NCBI GenBank assembly: GCA_040414485.1
Contig: JBEDUK010000053.1
Span: forward strand, 3,887-67,886
Length of the DNA: 64,000 bases
Source of the DNA: Actinomycetota bacterium
GTDB lineage: Bacteria > Actinomycetota > UBA4738
Direction: 5' to 3'
The notes below the pieces were generated by a model. It ran no database searches and had not been told where the DNA came from. It was given only the letters and a program-made list of their open reading frames with translations. The position numbers and the translations under genes were made by a program. Positions 49,879-59,955 of this stretch are shown piece by piece (position 1 is the first letter of the stretch; every line of letters starts with the position of its first letter).

Positions 49879-51036
49879 TCAGTACAGGAACATCGGCTTG
49901 CCGGTGACGTGCCGAACCTTCGGGCGGTACGCGGCCACGTCGTACAGCTCGTCGATGTCCACGCGCTTCTGACCCTCCTTCGTCACCGAGATGGGCACGT
50001 GCGTGTAGGTGCCGCCTCGAAGCGCGACCAGCCGTCCGGACACGCCCTCGAGGGCGAGGTCCGCCGCCATCACCGCGTAGTTCGTGGCGACCATGAGGTC
50101 CAACGAATCGGGGCTGCCGGATCGCACCAGGTATCCAAGTTGCTGATAGACCGTGTTGAGGCCGGTTCGCTCCTTGAGCAGCTCCGACGTGAGCGCGCCG
50201 ATTCCGCCGAGCTTCCGGTGGCCGTACGCGTCCGCCTCGCCGGACAGGACCATCTCGCCGCCCTTCAGCGTGGCGCCCTCGGAGATGGTCATCATGGCGT
50301 ACCGGCTCGGGTTCTCCGCGCGGTCCTCGACCAGCAACGCGGCGAGCCGGTCCACGTCGAACGGCACCTCCGAGATCACGGCCCGGTCCACACCGGCCAG
50401 GTAGGCCGTCACCAGCGACGTCTCTCCGCTGTAGCGGCCGAACAGCTCGACGACGGCGATCCGTTCGTGTGAGCCGGAACTGGTGCGGAGGCTGTGGATG
50501 GATTCGACGCCGCGGGTCACCGCCGTCGAGAAGCCGATGCAGTAATCCGTGCCGTGGACGTCGTTGTCCATCGTCTTCGGGATGGCGATGACCGGGACGC
50601 CCTCCCGGTGCAGGCGAAGGCCGTAGGAGAGCGTGTCGTCCCCGCCGATCGGGAGCAGCACGTCCAGCCGCTCGCGTTCGATCACCCGCAGGACGTGCGC
50701 CGTGAAGTCGAACGGCCCGTCCGCGCCGGTGTCGACCTCAGACGCCAGGAACGCCGGCACGTCCTTCGGTTTGACCTTCGCGGGATTCGTCCTGGACGTG
50801 TGCAGGATCGTGCCTCCGGACCGGTCGATCGTGCGCACGGCGACCGGGTCGAGCGGCTCGAAGAACTCTTCCCGCCTGGCGTCGGGATCGTCGGGATCGA
50901 ACTCGAGCAGGCCGCCCCATCCCCGTCGGATGCCGAGCACCTCATGGCCGTCCGCGGCGACCCGGTTGACCGCCGCCTTGATGCATGCGTTCAGGCCAGG
51001 GACGTCGCCGCCTCCGGTCAGGATGCCGATCCGCAT
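49879..51036 (-). CDS. pfp: 6-phosphofructokinase, likely pyrophosphate-dependent type
   Basis: GGDDTLSYG and PKTMDNDV (Asp and Lys at the positions that distinguish PPi- from ATP-PFKs). Starts [11 protein letters not shown]. Confidence 0.85.
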   Translation of the reverse strand: MRIGILTGGGDVPGLNACIKAAVNRVAADGHEVLGIRRGWGGLLEFDPDDPDARREEFFEPLDPVAVRTIDRSGGTILHTSRTNPAKVKPKDVPAFLASEVDTGADGPFDFTAHVLRVIERERLDVLLPIGGDDTLSYGLRLHREGVPVIAIPKTMDNDVHGTDYCIGFSTAVTRGVESIHSLRTSSGSHERIAVVELFGRYSGETSLVTAYLAGVDRAVISEVPFDVDRLAALLVEDRAENPSRYAMMTISEGATLKGGEMVLSGEADAYGHRKLGGIGALTSELLKERTGLNTVYQQLGYLVRSGSPDSLDLMVATNYAVMAADLALEGVSGRLVALRGGTYTHVPISVTKEGQKRVDIDELYDVAAYRPKVRHVTGKPMFLY

Positions 51037-51094
51037 CGCCACGCGCTCCTCGTCCTCACGCTGCCCGACCGGCTCACTGTAGCCTGTGCGCGCC

Positions 51095-52606
51095 ATGGCG
51101 ACGGAGCGGGGACGCCTGCTGGCGATCGACGCCGGAACGACCGGCGTCCGGGCGATGCTCGTGGCGGAGGACGGCTCGGTCGTCGCACGCGGGTACCGCG
51201 AGTTCCCGCAGTCCTTTCCGCAGCCGGGGTGGGTCGAACACAACCCGGACGACTGGTGGACGGCCCTGCAGGCGGCGACGGCCGACGCGCTCGCCGCCGG
51301 CGCGACCTCGACGGGAGACGTGTCGGCCATCGGCATGACGAACCAGCGCGAGACCACGATCGTGTGGGACCGCGCGACGCTCGAGCCCGTCCATCCGGCC
51401 ATCGTGTGGCAGGACCGGCGCACGGCCCCGATGTGCGAGCGGCTGCGCGAGGAGGGCTGGGACGAACGGATCCACGAGCGGACCGGCCTGCTGATCGACC
51501 CGTACTTCTCCGCGACGAAGATCGCGTGGATCCTCGAGCACGTCGATGGGGCCCGCGGGGCCGCGGCCGCGGGCCGGCTCGCGTTCGGCACCGTCGACTC
51601 CTATCTGATCGCGCGTATGACCGGCGGCGTTCGGCATGTCACCGACCGGACGAACGCGTCCCGTTCGATGGCGTTCGACATCAACCGGCTCGAATGGGAC
51701 GGCGAGATCCTCGACCGGCTGGGGATCCCGGCGTCGATGCTGCCGGAGGTGCTGCCGTCGGTGGCCGACTTCGGCGTCACCGCTTCCGACGCGCTGGTGG
51801 CTGACGGCGTGCCTGTTCGCGGGGTGGCGGGCGACCAGCAGGCGGCACTGTTCGGCCAGGCCTGCTCTTCGCCGGGCGCGACGAAGAACACCTACGGGAC
51901 GGGCTCGTTCGTCCTCATGCACACGGGAGACCGCCCGGTGCGGTCCGCCGGCGGGCTGCTCGCGACGGTGGCGGCGGGCGCCGCGTCGTCGCCCGAGTAC
52001 GCGCTGGAGGGCGCGGTGTTCGTCACCGGCGCCGCGATCCAGTGGCTCCGGGACGGCCTGGGTCTGATCGAAGCTGCCGCGGAGGCCGGGCCGCTGGCGG
52101 CGAGCGTGCCCGACTCGGGCGGCGTCGTGTTCGTTCCCGCCCTGACCGGCCTCGGGGCGCCGTGGTGGGACCCGTACGCCCGTGGGACGATCGTCGGCCT
52201 CTCGCGGGGCACGACCAGGGCGCACCTGGTTCGCGCGACGATCGAGGCGATCGCGCACCAGTCCGCCGACGTGATCGACCTGATGCGCGCCGAGGCCGGG
52301 CTGGATCTGGCCGAGCTCAGGGTGGACGGCGGCGCGGCGGCGATGGACGTCATGCTCCAGGTTCAGGCGGACCTGCTCGGTGTCCCCGTGCGCCGCGCGT
52401 TGGTGCACGAGACGACCGCGCTCGGCGCCGCCTACCTCGCCGGGCTCGGCGCCGGCACGTGGAGCGGCCCGGCGGAACTCCGATCGCTCTGGCAGTCGGA
52501 CAGGCTGTTCGAGCCGCGGCGCGGTTCGTCAGAAGCGACCCGCGTCGAGCGCGAACGGTGGAGACGCGCCGTGGAGCGGTCGAAGGGGTGGGCGGCTCCG
52601 AACTAG
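51095..52606 (+). CDS. glpK: glycerol kinase
   Basis: [14 protein letters not shown]…[13 protein letters not shown]…GTGSF; FGGY family. Confidence 0.92.
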   Translation: MATERGRLLAIDAGTTGVRAMLVAEDGSVVARGYREFPQSFPQPGWVEHNPDDWWTALQAATADALAAGATSTGDVSAIGMTNQRETTIVWDRATLEPVHPAIVWQDRRTAPMCERLREEGWDERIHERTGLLIDPYFSATKIAWILEHVDGARGAAAAGRLAFGTVDSYLIARMTGGVRHVTDRTNASRSMAFDINRLEWDGEILDRLGIPASMLPEVLPSVADFGVTASDALVADGVPVRGVAGDQQAALFGQACSSPGATKNTYGTGSFVLMHTGDRPVRSAGGLLATVAAGAASSPEYALEGAVFVTGAAIQWLRDGLGLIEAAAEAGPLAASVPDSGGVVFVPALTGLGAPWWDPYARGTIVGLSRGTTRAHLVRATIEAIAHQSADVIDLMRAEAGLDLAELRVDGGAAAMDVMLQVQADLLGVPVRRALVHETTALGAAYLAGLGAGTWSGPAELRSLWQSDRLFEPRRGSSEATRVERERWRRAVERSKGWAAPN

Positions 52607-53439
52607 GAGGCCGCCGACGGGTCGGCGTGGCCGACCTCCGCCGACTCGGGGATGCTCACGATGCCCGACGCGGTTTCTTCGGACTCCTGCTCCGGCTCGC
52701 GAGGCGGCGTCTTCGCCTGCGGCGCACCCGCGGGGATGGAGGCCGCCCGCGTGTCTCCGGCGCGTGATCCGCGGGCCTCGATCTCCTTCTTGACCCGGTC
52801 GCCGTACTCGTCCACGTACTCCTGGCCGGTGAGCATCATGATCTCGTACATGATCTCGTCGGTGGTGGACCGCAGGACGAAGCGGTCGGTCGGGGTGTCG
52901 TGGTACCGGTCGAACCGGAGCGCCTCACCGAAGCGGATCATGACCGATCCGCTCCTGGGGATCCTGTTGGTGTAGGGCCACAGCTCGAACGTCCCGATGA
53001 CGCCGACCGGAACGACCGGCACGCCCGCCTCGAGCGCGATCCGCGCGACCCCGGTCTTGCCCCGGTACAGCCGGCCGTCGGGCGAGCGCGTCCCCTCCGG
53101 GAACAGCATCACCGTTCGGCCCTCGCCCAGTGCCTTCACGGCCGCGTCGATCGCGGCCCGGGAGGCCGAGCCTCCCGTGCGCTGCACCGGCACGCAGCCG
53201 GCCCACTCGAAGAACCACCGTGTGTACCAGTGCGCCCAGTAGTCGGACTTGGCGAGGATGGTCGCGCGACGGCTCCTCAGCACGAGCGGCACGAGGAGGT
53301 CGTCGGCGAAGGACAGATGGTTCGGCGCCAGGATGACCCCGCCGTCCTTCGGGATGTTCTCGAGCCCGTCGGCCCTCGGGTGGAAGAAGAGCCGAAGGAT
53401 CGGGCCCAGGAACAGGTACTTCATGAGCCACCAGAACAA
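52603..53439 (-). CDS. plsC: 1-acyl-sn-glycerol-3-phosphate acyltransferase
   Basis: NHLSFAD (HxxxxD) and FPEGTRS motifs. Confidence 0.85.
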   Translation of the reverse strand: MFWWLMKYLFLGPILRLFFHPRADGLENIPKDGGVILAPNHLSFADDLLVPLVLRSRRATILAKSDYWAHWYTRWFFEWAGCVPVQRTGGSASRAAIDAAVKALGEGRTVMLFPEGTRSPDGRLYRGKTGVARIALEAGVPVVPVGVIGTFELWPYTNRIPRSGSVMIRFGEALRFDRYHDTPTDRFVLRSTTDEIMYEIMMLTGQEYVDEYGDRVKKEIEARGSRAGDTRAASIPAGAPQAKTPPREPEQESEETASGIVSIPESAEVGHADPSAAS

Positions 53440-53564
53440 TGCGCAGCACCCCTTCCGAGGGCGATCGACACCCTGCGCTCGCCGTCGCGGCCCGCAGGCC
53501 GTCTATAGACTATAGGCCCGCACATGCCCCCGCGAGAATCTCGGAAAGGAAGCCGGCTCCTTCG

Positions 53565-53687
53565 ATGCTCGCTTACTCCGCATTCGAGTGGATCTGGGTG
53601 ATTCTCCTGGTCGGCATGGTGGCGATCGCGGGCCTCTTCGCGGTCTTCGTGGTTGCGCAGCTCTTCCGCAATCCGGGACGACGTTGA
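53565..53687 (+). CDS. possible 40-aa single-TM small protein
   Basis: GGAAAGGAAG RBS-like sequence 8 nt upstream of the ATG. Hydrophobic core WIWVILLVGMVAIAGLFAVFVV. Confidence 0.3.
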   Translation: MLAYSAFEWIWVILLVGMVAIAGLFAVFVVAQLFRNPGRR

Positions 53688-53709
53688 GCGCCTCCACGGC
53701 GGTGCGGTC

Positions 53710-54513
53710 GTGAGCGCCTCGGCGTCCGCGTCCGTCTCCGTGCGGCCCGGCGCCGAGCCGTTCCGGTTCGACGGCGGACCGATCGGCGCCCTGCTTCTCC
53801 ATGGATTCACCGGATCTCCCGCGTCGATGCGCCCGTTGGGCGAGTTCCTCGGTGCGCACGGTGTCGCGGTGGCCGGTCCGCGGCTGCCGGGCCACGGCAC
53901 CTCGGTGGACGACCTGGCGAACCGGACGTGGCAGGAATGGTTCGCCGAGGCCGAGGCCGCCCTCGAGGAGCTGGAGACCCGTTCGACGGCAGTGATCTGC
54001 GTCGGGATGTCCATGGGCGGCGCGCTCGCCGCGCACATGGCGACGCGACACCACGACCGCCTGCGGGGTCTGGTCGTGATCAACCCGTACATCCACGATC
54101 CGCGCCTGGCGATCTCGCCGGTCGCCGGCGTCTTCGTCAAGAGCGTCAAGGGCGTCCTGAACGACATCAAGAGGCCCGGCCAGGACGAGATCGGATACGA
54201 CCGCATCCCGACGAAGGTCCTCCCGTCGCTGAACCGGCTGCTCAAGACGGTGGTCGCGGACCTCCCACGGATCCGGCTGCCGCTGCTGGTGTTCTCCTCG
54301 CCGCAGGACCACCTGGTCAAGCCGTCGAACGCGCGTCTGTTCTTCGAGCGGGTGGCGTCGACCGACAAGGAACTGGTGCCGCTGGCGAACTCCTACCACG
54401 TGGCCACACTCGACAACGATGCGCCACAGATCTTCGACCGCGTCCTCGGCTTCGCGGTCAGGGTGTGCTCCGGCGCGGCCGCGCCGACGTCACGCGAGCC
54501 GACCGAGCCGTGA
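53710..54513 (+). CDS. alpha/beta-hydrolase esterase/lipase (carboxylesterase/monoacylglycerol-lipase-like)
   Basis: HGFTGS…GMSMGG nucleophile elbow. The track ORF starts at 53653; a GTG at 53710 avoids the upstream overlap. Confidence 0.75.
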   Translation: MSASASASVSVRPGAEPFRFDGGPIGALLLHGFTGSPASMRPLGEFLGAHGVAVAGPRLPGHGTSVDDLANRTWQEWFAEAEAALEELETRSTAVICVGMSMGGALAAHMATRHHDRLRGLVVINPYIHDPRLAISPVAGVFVKSVKGVLNDIKRPGQDEIGYDRIPTKVLPSLNRLLKTVVADLPRIRLPLLVFSSPQDHLVKPSNARLFFERVASTDKELVPLANSYHVATLDNDAPQIFDRVLGFAVRVCSGAAAPTSREPTEP

Positions 54514-55193
54514 GCGATCCGGCGCCCCCGACGCCTGCCCCGTCGCGGGAGTCCCCGCCGGGAACGGTGACGCTCTCCCGGCAGTACGGAGCGGGCGGAT
54601 TGCGCATCGCCCCGGCGGTGGCCGACGCGCTCGGGTTCAGGTTCGTCGATCGCGAACTGGTCGAGATGGCCGCGCGGCAACTGGGCGTCGATCCCGAATG
54701 GGCCCGGGAGCACGACGAACGCGTTCCCGACGTTCTGGAGAATCTCGGGAGGGCGCTGGCGGCGGCGACACCCGAATTCGGCGTCGCACCGCCGCCCATC
54801 CTGGACGACGGGGCGATGGCCGACGCGGTTCGGAACGTCATCCACTCGCTTGCGGACTCCGGCGGGTATCTGATCCTGGGTCGTGCGTCGCAGGCGGCGC
54901 TCGCCGACCGGGCGGACGTGTGCAACATCCTCCTCGTGGCGCCGATCGGCGACCGCGTGGCGCGGATCGCCAGGTCGCAGGAGGTGGGTGAGAAGGAGGC
55001 GCGCAGCCGCGTGGATCGCGCCGACCGCGACCGTGCCGACTACGTGCGTCGATTCTACGACCGCGACATCGCCGACCCCACGCTCTACGACGTGGTGCTG
55101 AACACGTCCCGGCTGGGGCTGCGGGGCTCGGCTCGGCTCGCGGTCGCCGCCGCGCGCGCGAAGCTCGGCGCGGCGGCCTCCTCCGGATCCTGA
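54510..55193 (+). CDS. cytidylate-kinase-like family protein
   Basis: VTLSRQYGAGG P-loop-like N-terminus and the layout of the CMP-kinase-like (PF13189) family. GTGA overlap with the esterase stop. Confidence 0.6.
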   Translation: MSDPAPPTPAPSRESPPGTVTLSRQYGAGGLRIAPAVADALGFRFVDRELVEMAARQLGVDPEWAREHDERVPDVLENLGRALAAATPEFGVAPPPILDDGAMADAVRNVIHSLADSGGYLILGRASQAALADRADVCNILLVAPIGDRVARIARSQEVGEKEARSRVDRADRDRADYVRRFYDRDIADPTLYDVVLNTSRLGLRGSARLAVAAARAKLGAAASSGS

Positions 55194-55214
55194 CGCAGCG
55201 GGCTCGCGGCCCGG

Positions 55215-55889
55215 CTATCCGCGGAGCTCGAGGTCGACCACGACGGGCAGGTGATCCGACACGCCGGCCGCGTCGGGCCCTCCGGCCAGCCACGCGCCGC
55301 CCACCTTGACGTCCCCGCTCACGAACACGGCGTCGATGCGGTCGGTCGGTCGCTTCGCCGGATAGGTGTACCCGGGCTGCTCACCGGCCACGGCGTAGGA
55401 GTCCGTGAGGATCGACGCGATGCTTCTGGCCGCCCGGCCGTCCGGGCCCTCGTTCAGATCCGCTCCCAGAACGAGCGGCGGCGGCAGGCCCCCGAGCCGG
55501 CCCATCAGATCGTCGGCCTGACGGCCACGCTCCCCCGCCGACAGCCCGAGGTGCGCCGACACGGCCGTCACCCGTACCCCATGTGCGGCGAGCGTGACCT
55601 GCACGAACCCGCGCCGCCGCGTCTGCCCGTCGCGCGGAAGATCCAGGACGACCCGGTCCAGCGCCTTGAGGGGCAGGGAGAACAGCACGGCATTGCGGAC
55701 CCGGTTGAAGGGCCGGTGGGTCGAAACCACCTCCATCCCGGCCGCGGCCGCGAGGCGACGGACCGCCCGGAGCGATCCGCACTCCTGCACGCACACGATG
55801 TCCGGCCGGACGCGCGAGAGCGTGCCGGCGACGGTGTCCACGCCGCTACGGAGGCCGTGCACGTTGTAGGTCACGACGCGGAGCCGCAC
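55215..55889 (-). CDS. endonuclease/exonuclease/phosphatase (EEP) family protein
   Basis: VVTYNVHG…VCVQE…SDHLPVVVDL. Confidence 0.8.
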   Translation of the reverse strand: MRLRVVTYNVHGLRSGVDTVAGTLSRVRPDIVCVQECGSLRAVRRLAAAAGMEVVSTHRPFNRVRNAVLFSLPLKALDRVVLDLPRDGQTRRRGFVQVTLAAHGVRVTAVSAHLGLSAGERGRQADDLMGRLGGLPPPLVLGADLNEGPDGRAARSIASILTDSYAVAGEQPGYTYPAKRPTDRIDAVFVSGDVKVGGAWLAGGPDAAGVSDHLPVVVDLELRG

Positions 55890-55939
55890 GGCCTCTCAGG
55901 CTATCGGGCGCGTCGAGCAAGGAGGGTTCGGCGGAGGCG

Positions 55940-57247
55940 CTACAGCACCTTGCGGAGGGCGTCCGCCAGCGAGGGCGCGCCCTGCACGTCCAGGTCGTAC
56001 CGCACCCGCGTCGCCGGCTTGTCGATGCGAACCAGCGCGCGCAGGTCGATGGGCGAGGCGATCACGACGCCGTCGGCGTCGGCGCCGTTGATCATCTGCT
56101 CGAATTCGCGGAGCTGATCCTCCGAGTAGCCCATCGCCGGCAGCACCGGGCCGATGTCGTACTTCGCGTAGACGTCCTTCATCGATCCCGTGGCCAGGTG
56201 CCGGACGTCGACGATGTCGGCGGCGCCGTGCTGGCGCGCGGCGACCACGCCGGCGCCGTACTGCATCTCGCCGTGGGTGAGGGTCGGGCCGTCCTCGATG
56301 ACGACGACGCGCCTGCCCTCGATCACGCTCGGGTCCTCCACGGTGACGGGGCTCTTCGCGAGCAGGACCGTCGCCGCCGGATTCAGCTCTCGCGCCGAGG
56401 CGAGCACCGCGTCGATCTGCTCCTGCGTGGCGGAATCGATCTTGTTGACGACCAGCACGTCGGCCATCCGGAGGTTGACCTCGCCGGGGAAGTACGTGAG
56501 CTCATGGCCGGCGCGAAGCGGGTCGACCACCGTGAGCATCACCGTCGGGCGGTAGAACGGGAAGTCGTTGTTCCCCCCGTCCCACAGCAGCACGTCGCAC
56601 TCCTGCTGCGCCTGTTCGAGGATCGCGCCGTAGTCGACGCCCGCGTAGACGACGGTCCCGTTCTGCAGGTGCGGCTCGTACTCCTCGCGCTCCTCGATCG
56701 TGACGTCGGCCGCGCTGAGGTCGTCGAAGGTCTCGAACCGCTGGACCCGCTGCGCGACGAGGTCCCCGTACGGCATGGGGTGGCGGACGACCACGACGCG
56801 CTTCCCGTGCTCCTTCAGCGTCTGCACGACCGCGCGCGTCGTCTGGCTCTTGCCCGATCCCGTGCGCACGGCGCAGACGGCCACCACGGGGACGGTGGCT
56901 TGGAGCATGGTGTCGTCCGGTCCCAGCAGGACGAAGGACGCCCCCGCGGCCATCGCGGTCGCGGCGCGGTGCATCACGTATTCGTGCGCGACGTCGGAGT
57001 AGGCGAACGCGACGTCGGTCACGCCCAGTTCCTTCACGAGTCGCGGCATCTCGGATTCGTCGTAGATCTGGATGCCGTCCGGGTATCGGCCGCCGGCGAG
57101 CTCCGGCGGATAGCGCCGGTCGTTGATGAACGGGATCTGGGTCGCGGTGAACGCGACCACCTCGGCGTCGGCGTTGTCGCGATAGAACACGTTGAAGTTG
57201 TGGAAGTCGCGGCCGGCCGCGCCCATGATCAATACGCGCCGTGTCAT
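55940..57247 (-). CDS. cyclic 2,3-diphosphoglycerate synthetase-like protein
   Basis: N-terminus VLIMGAAGRDFHNFN and P-loop GSGKSQT. Size and architecture match cDPG synthetase homologues. Confidence 0.55.
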   Translation of the reverse strand: MTRRVLIMGAAGRDFHNFNVFYRDNADAEVVAFTATQIPFINDRRYPPELAGGRYPDGIQIYDESEMPRLVKELGVTDVAFAYSDVAHEYVMHRAATAMAAGASFVLLGPDDTMLQATVPVVAVCAVRTGSGKSQTTRAVVQTLKEHGKRVVVVRHPMPYGDLVAQRVQRFETFDDLSAADVTIEEREEYEPHLQNGTVVYAGVDYGAILEQAQQECDVLLWDGGNNDFPFYRPTVMLTVVDPLRAGHELTYFPGEVNLRMADVLVVNKIDSATQEQIDAVLASARELNPAATVLLAKSPVTVEDPSVIEGRRVVVIEDGPTLTHGEMQYGAGVVAARQHGAADIVDVRHLATGSMKDVYAKYDIGPVLPAMGYSEDQLREFEQMINGADADGVVIASPIDLRALVRIDKPATRVRYDLDVQGAPSLADALRKVL

Positions 57248-57332
57248 GTGGGCCCCCCTCGGTTGCCAGTACGGATGCGAACCGCCCGAGACTACGGAGG
57301 CCCCGAACGAGCGTCAAAGGTCCGCACCGGCG

Positions 57333-58532
57333 CTAGTCCGGTGGGCAGGAGGAGGCCTCGATGAGCGCCCGATCCTGCCGCGAGCTCCCGTTGTAGCCGC
57401 CGACCGCCCACGTGGTTCCCGTTTCCGGCGCGATGGCGACGCCGAAGAGCTGATTCGCCCGCGGGCTCGGGTTCTCGGATGTGGCCACCTTCCAACGCGC
57501 GCCGTTCCAGTGCAGGGCGAGCGTGCGGAACGGCTTGACGGTCCCCTGCCGGTGGCCGACCGCCCACACGTCGTCCGCGCCCGCCGCCGCGACCGACAAC
57601 AGCTCGTCGAAGCCCTGGTCCGGGCTCGGCGTCGGCGTCACGGCCCACTTCCAACCGCCCCAGCGCATGGCGAGCGTGGCGGTTCCCGTGCCGGTGAGCG
57701 AGCTCCCGACCGCGATGAGATCGCCGTCTCCGGCCGGGGTCACGGAGTACAGGAAATTGTTGCCGTCCCCGACGTTCGGGCTCGCCACCACCTTCCACTT
57801 CGAACCGTTCCAGTGCAGCACGAGCGTCTGGAACCACGGCACCGAATACACGCCGACCGCCCAGACGTCGTCGGGCGCCACCGCGGCGACGCCGTAGAGC
57901 AGATTGTCGTCGGTGCCCACACTCGGGCTCGGCACGACCTTCCAACGGGTGCCGTTCCAGTGTTCGATGAGCGTGCGCCGGGGGCCTCCGGAGTCCTGCT
58001 GGTACCCGACCGCCCACGCGTTCCCGTTCGCCGGCGCGGCGACCGACCACAGGACACTCTCCTGGTCGCCGGGGCTGGGGCTCGGGACCGCTTCCCAACG
58101 GTCGCCGGCAGGCCGCTCGATCAGCGTCTCGAACCCGGACCCGGCGTCCTGGGAGAAGCCGACCGCCCACGCGTCGCCTCCGGGGATCGACGTGAGGCCC
58201 TGCAGTGCGTTGCGGGTGTCCCCGGGGTCTTCGCTCGCGACCCTCACCCACGCGGATCCCTTTTGGCGAACCACCAGCGAGTGGTACACGTCGGCCCCGG
58301 CGTCGTACCAATCGCCGACCGCCCGGAGCGGCGTGCCCGGGTCGGCGATGACCGCGTTGAGAACGCTCGCGTCGCCGGGCGAGGGACCGCGCACGTGGCT
58401 GAACTGACCGCACTCGCCCGGTATGGCCGCGGCGGCCGGCGCAGCTGATGCTGCCGTGGACGTGATCACCGCCAGTGCCGCCAAGGGAAGGAGCGCGACG
58501 AGCGCGCGCAGCGGCCGGGTCAATCGGGACAT
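57333..58532 (-). CDS. secreted beta-propeller-like repeat protein (paralogue of 43751..44980)
   Basis: Signal peptide, then repeats …AWAVG…TLIEHWNGTRWKVVPSP…. Confidence 0.7.
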   Translation of the reverse strand: MSRLTRPLRALVALLPLAALAVITSTAASAAPAAAAIPGECGQFSHVRGPSPGDASVLNAVIADPGTPLRAVGDWYDAGADVYHSLVVRQKGSAWVRVASEDPGDTRNALQGLTSIPGGDAWAVGFSQDAGSGFETLIERPAGDRWEAVPSPSPGDQESVLWSVAAPANGNAWAVGYQQDSGGPRRTLIEHWNGTRWKVVPSPSVGTDDNLLYGVAAVAPDDVWAVGVYSVPWFQTLVLHWNGSKWKVVASPNVGDGNNFLYSVTPAGDGDLIAVGSSLTGTGTATLAMRWGGWKWAVTPTPSPDQGFDELLSVAAAGADDVWAVGHRQGTVKPFRTLALHWNGARWKVATSENPSPRANQLFGVAIAPETGTTWAVGGYNGSSRQDRALIEASSCPPD

Positions 58533-58602
58533 CGACGCCAGGATATCCTGCCGCGCGGAGCCACCCGTTCTTCGTCGAAGCCGAGAGCAGCCGGGAGGAC
58601 TC

Positions 58603-58989
58603 ATGGAGAGCGTGACAGGGATCGGAGGAGTCTTCTTCAAGTCGGCCGATCCGGCCGCACTGGTCGCCTGGTACCGCGACCACCTCGGGATCGAGCCCGC
58701 GTTCGACTCCGGCACCGTGTTCAGATGGCCCTCGGCGGCGAGCAACGAATCGTCCGGGTCTACGACGTGGGCGGTCTTTCCCGCTGATTCGGACTACTTC
58801 GGTCCGCCGCCGTCGCCGTTCATGGTCAACTACCGGGTTCGCGACCTCGACGCGATGCTCGCGCAGTTGCGGGCCGCCGGCGTCCAGGTCGACGAACGGG
58901 TCGAGGAGATCGAATTCGGCCGCTTCGGTTGGGCGGTGGATCCCGACGGGAACCGGTTCGAACTGTGGGAGCCCGCCGAGGGCCTGTGA
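58603..58989 (+). CDS. VOC/glyoxalase-family protein
   Basis: GGVFFKSADP…WAVDPDGNRFELWE. GGGAGGA RBS. Confidence 0.8.
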   Translation: MESVTGIGGVFFKSADPAALVAWYRDHLGIEPAFDSGTVFRWPSAASNESSGSTTWAVFPADSDYFGPPPSPFMVNYRVRDLDAMLAQLRAAGVQVDERVEEIEFGRFGWAVDPDGNRFELWEPAEGL

Positions 58990-59010
58990 ATGAGCCCCTT
59001 CGTCGGAGGC

Positions 59011-59955
59011 TCAGCCGCCTGCGAGGTGCGGAAGGACGTGCTCCGCCACGAGCCTCCGGCGATCGGCGGGACCGGCGAGCAGCAGGATCGCCCACGTCGC
59101 TCCCGCGTCGCTGAGGGACCTCAACCACTCGACCGCACGCTCCGGTGAACCGGTGAACACGGGCGGCTCGCGGCCCTGTTGCGCGCGCTCGGCGGCGAGG
59201 CGAGCCGCGTCGGGATCGCTCTCCCCGACCAGCACGATCCCGCCCCATGTGGCCTCGACGCGGCGCGAGGCTGTCCTTGCGGTCCCCGAAAGATCGTCAA
59301 GCAACCTTACCTTTTCGACGAAGGCGTGCAGCGGGAGACCCCAGCCGTTCCACGCGTCGCCCAGGTGGGCGGCCACGCCGATCATCCGATCCGACGTACC
59401 GCCGATCCACAGCGGCGGCCCGCCGGGGCGGACCGGGCGCGGCAGGATCGGGCCGTCCACGGGTGGCACCACCCGGCCTCCGGCGTAGGCGGCTCCGGAC
59501 AGCAGCGCCCGCACGGCCTCCACGGTCTCCGTCAGCCGTTCGGTGCGCGCCGCAGGCGATTCGACCGGGAACCCGAAGGCTTCGTGCTCGCGCTCCGAGA
59601 GGCGGTCCCCCGTTCCGAGTCCGAGGATGGCGCGCCCGCCTGTGATAGCGTCGAGGTTCGCGCCCAGCTTCGCGATCATCCCGGCCTCGCGCAGGCCCGC
59701 CCTGGTCACCAGGGCACCGACGGCGACCCGCCGCGTGATCGCGCCGGCGGCCGCAAGGGTGGTGAAGCACTCCAGGGCGGGACCGTCCGCCGGGCCGCCC
59801 ACCGGCAGAAGGTGGTCCGAGGCGAAGATGCCATCGAAGCCCAGCGAATCGGCGTCGCGCGCGGCCTCGATCGGTCTGGCAGGGTCCGCCGTGAACACCG
59901 GGAGGACGAGCCCGACCTTGGGCGACCGGCCGGCCTCCGCAGGTCGGTCAGCCAT
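59011..59955 (-). CDS. LLM-class (luciferase-like) flavin/F420-dependent oxidoreductase
   Basis: TIM-barrel LLM pattern (DSLGFDGIFASDHL…LGLGTGD). Confidence 0.8.
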   Translation of the reverse strand: MADRPAEAGRSPKVGLVLPVFTADPARPIEAARDADSLGFDGIFASDHLLPVGGPADGPALECFTTLAAAGAITRRVAVGALVTRAGLREAGMIAKLGANLDAITGGRAILGLGTGDRLSEREHEAFGFPVESPAARTERLTETVEAVRALLSGAAYAGGRVVPPVDGPILPRPVRPGGPPLWIGGTSDRMIGVAAHLGDAWNGWGLPLHAFVEKVRLLDDLSGTARTASRRVEATWGGIVLVGESDPDAARLAAERAQQGREPPVFTGSPERAVEWLRSLSDAGATWAILLLAGPADRRRLVAEHVLPHLAGG

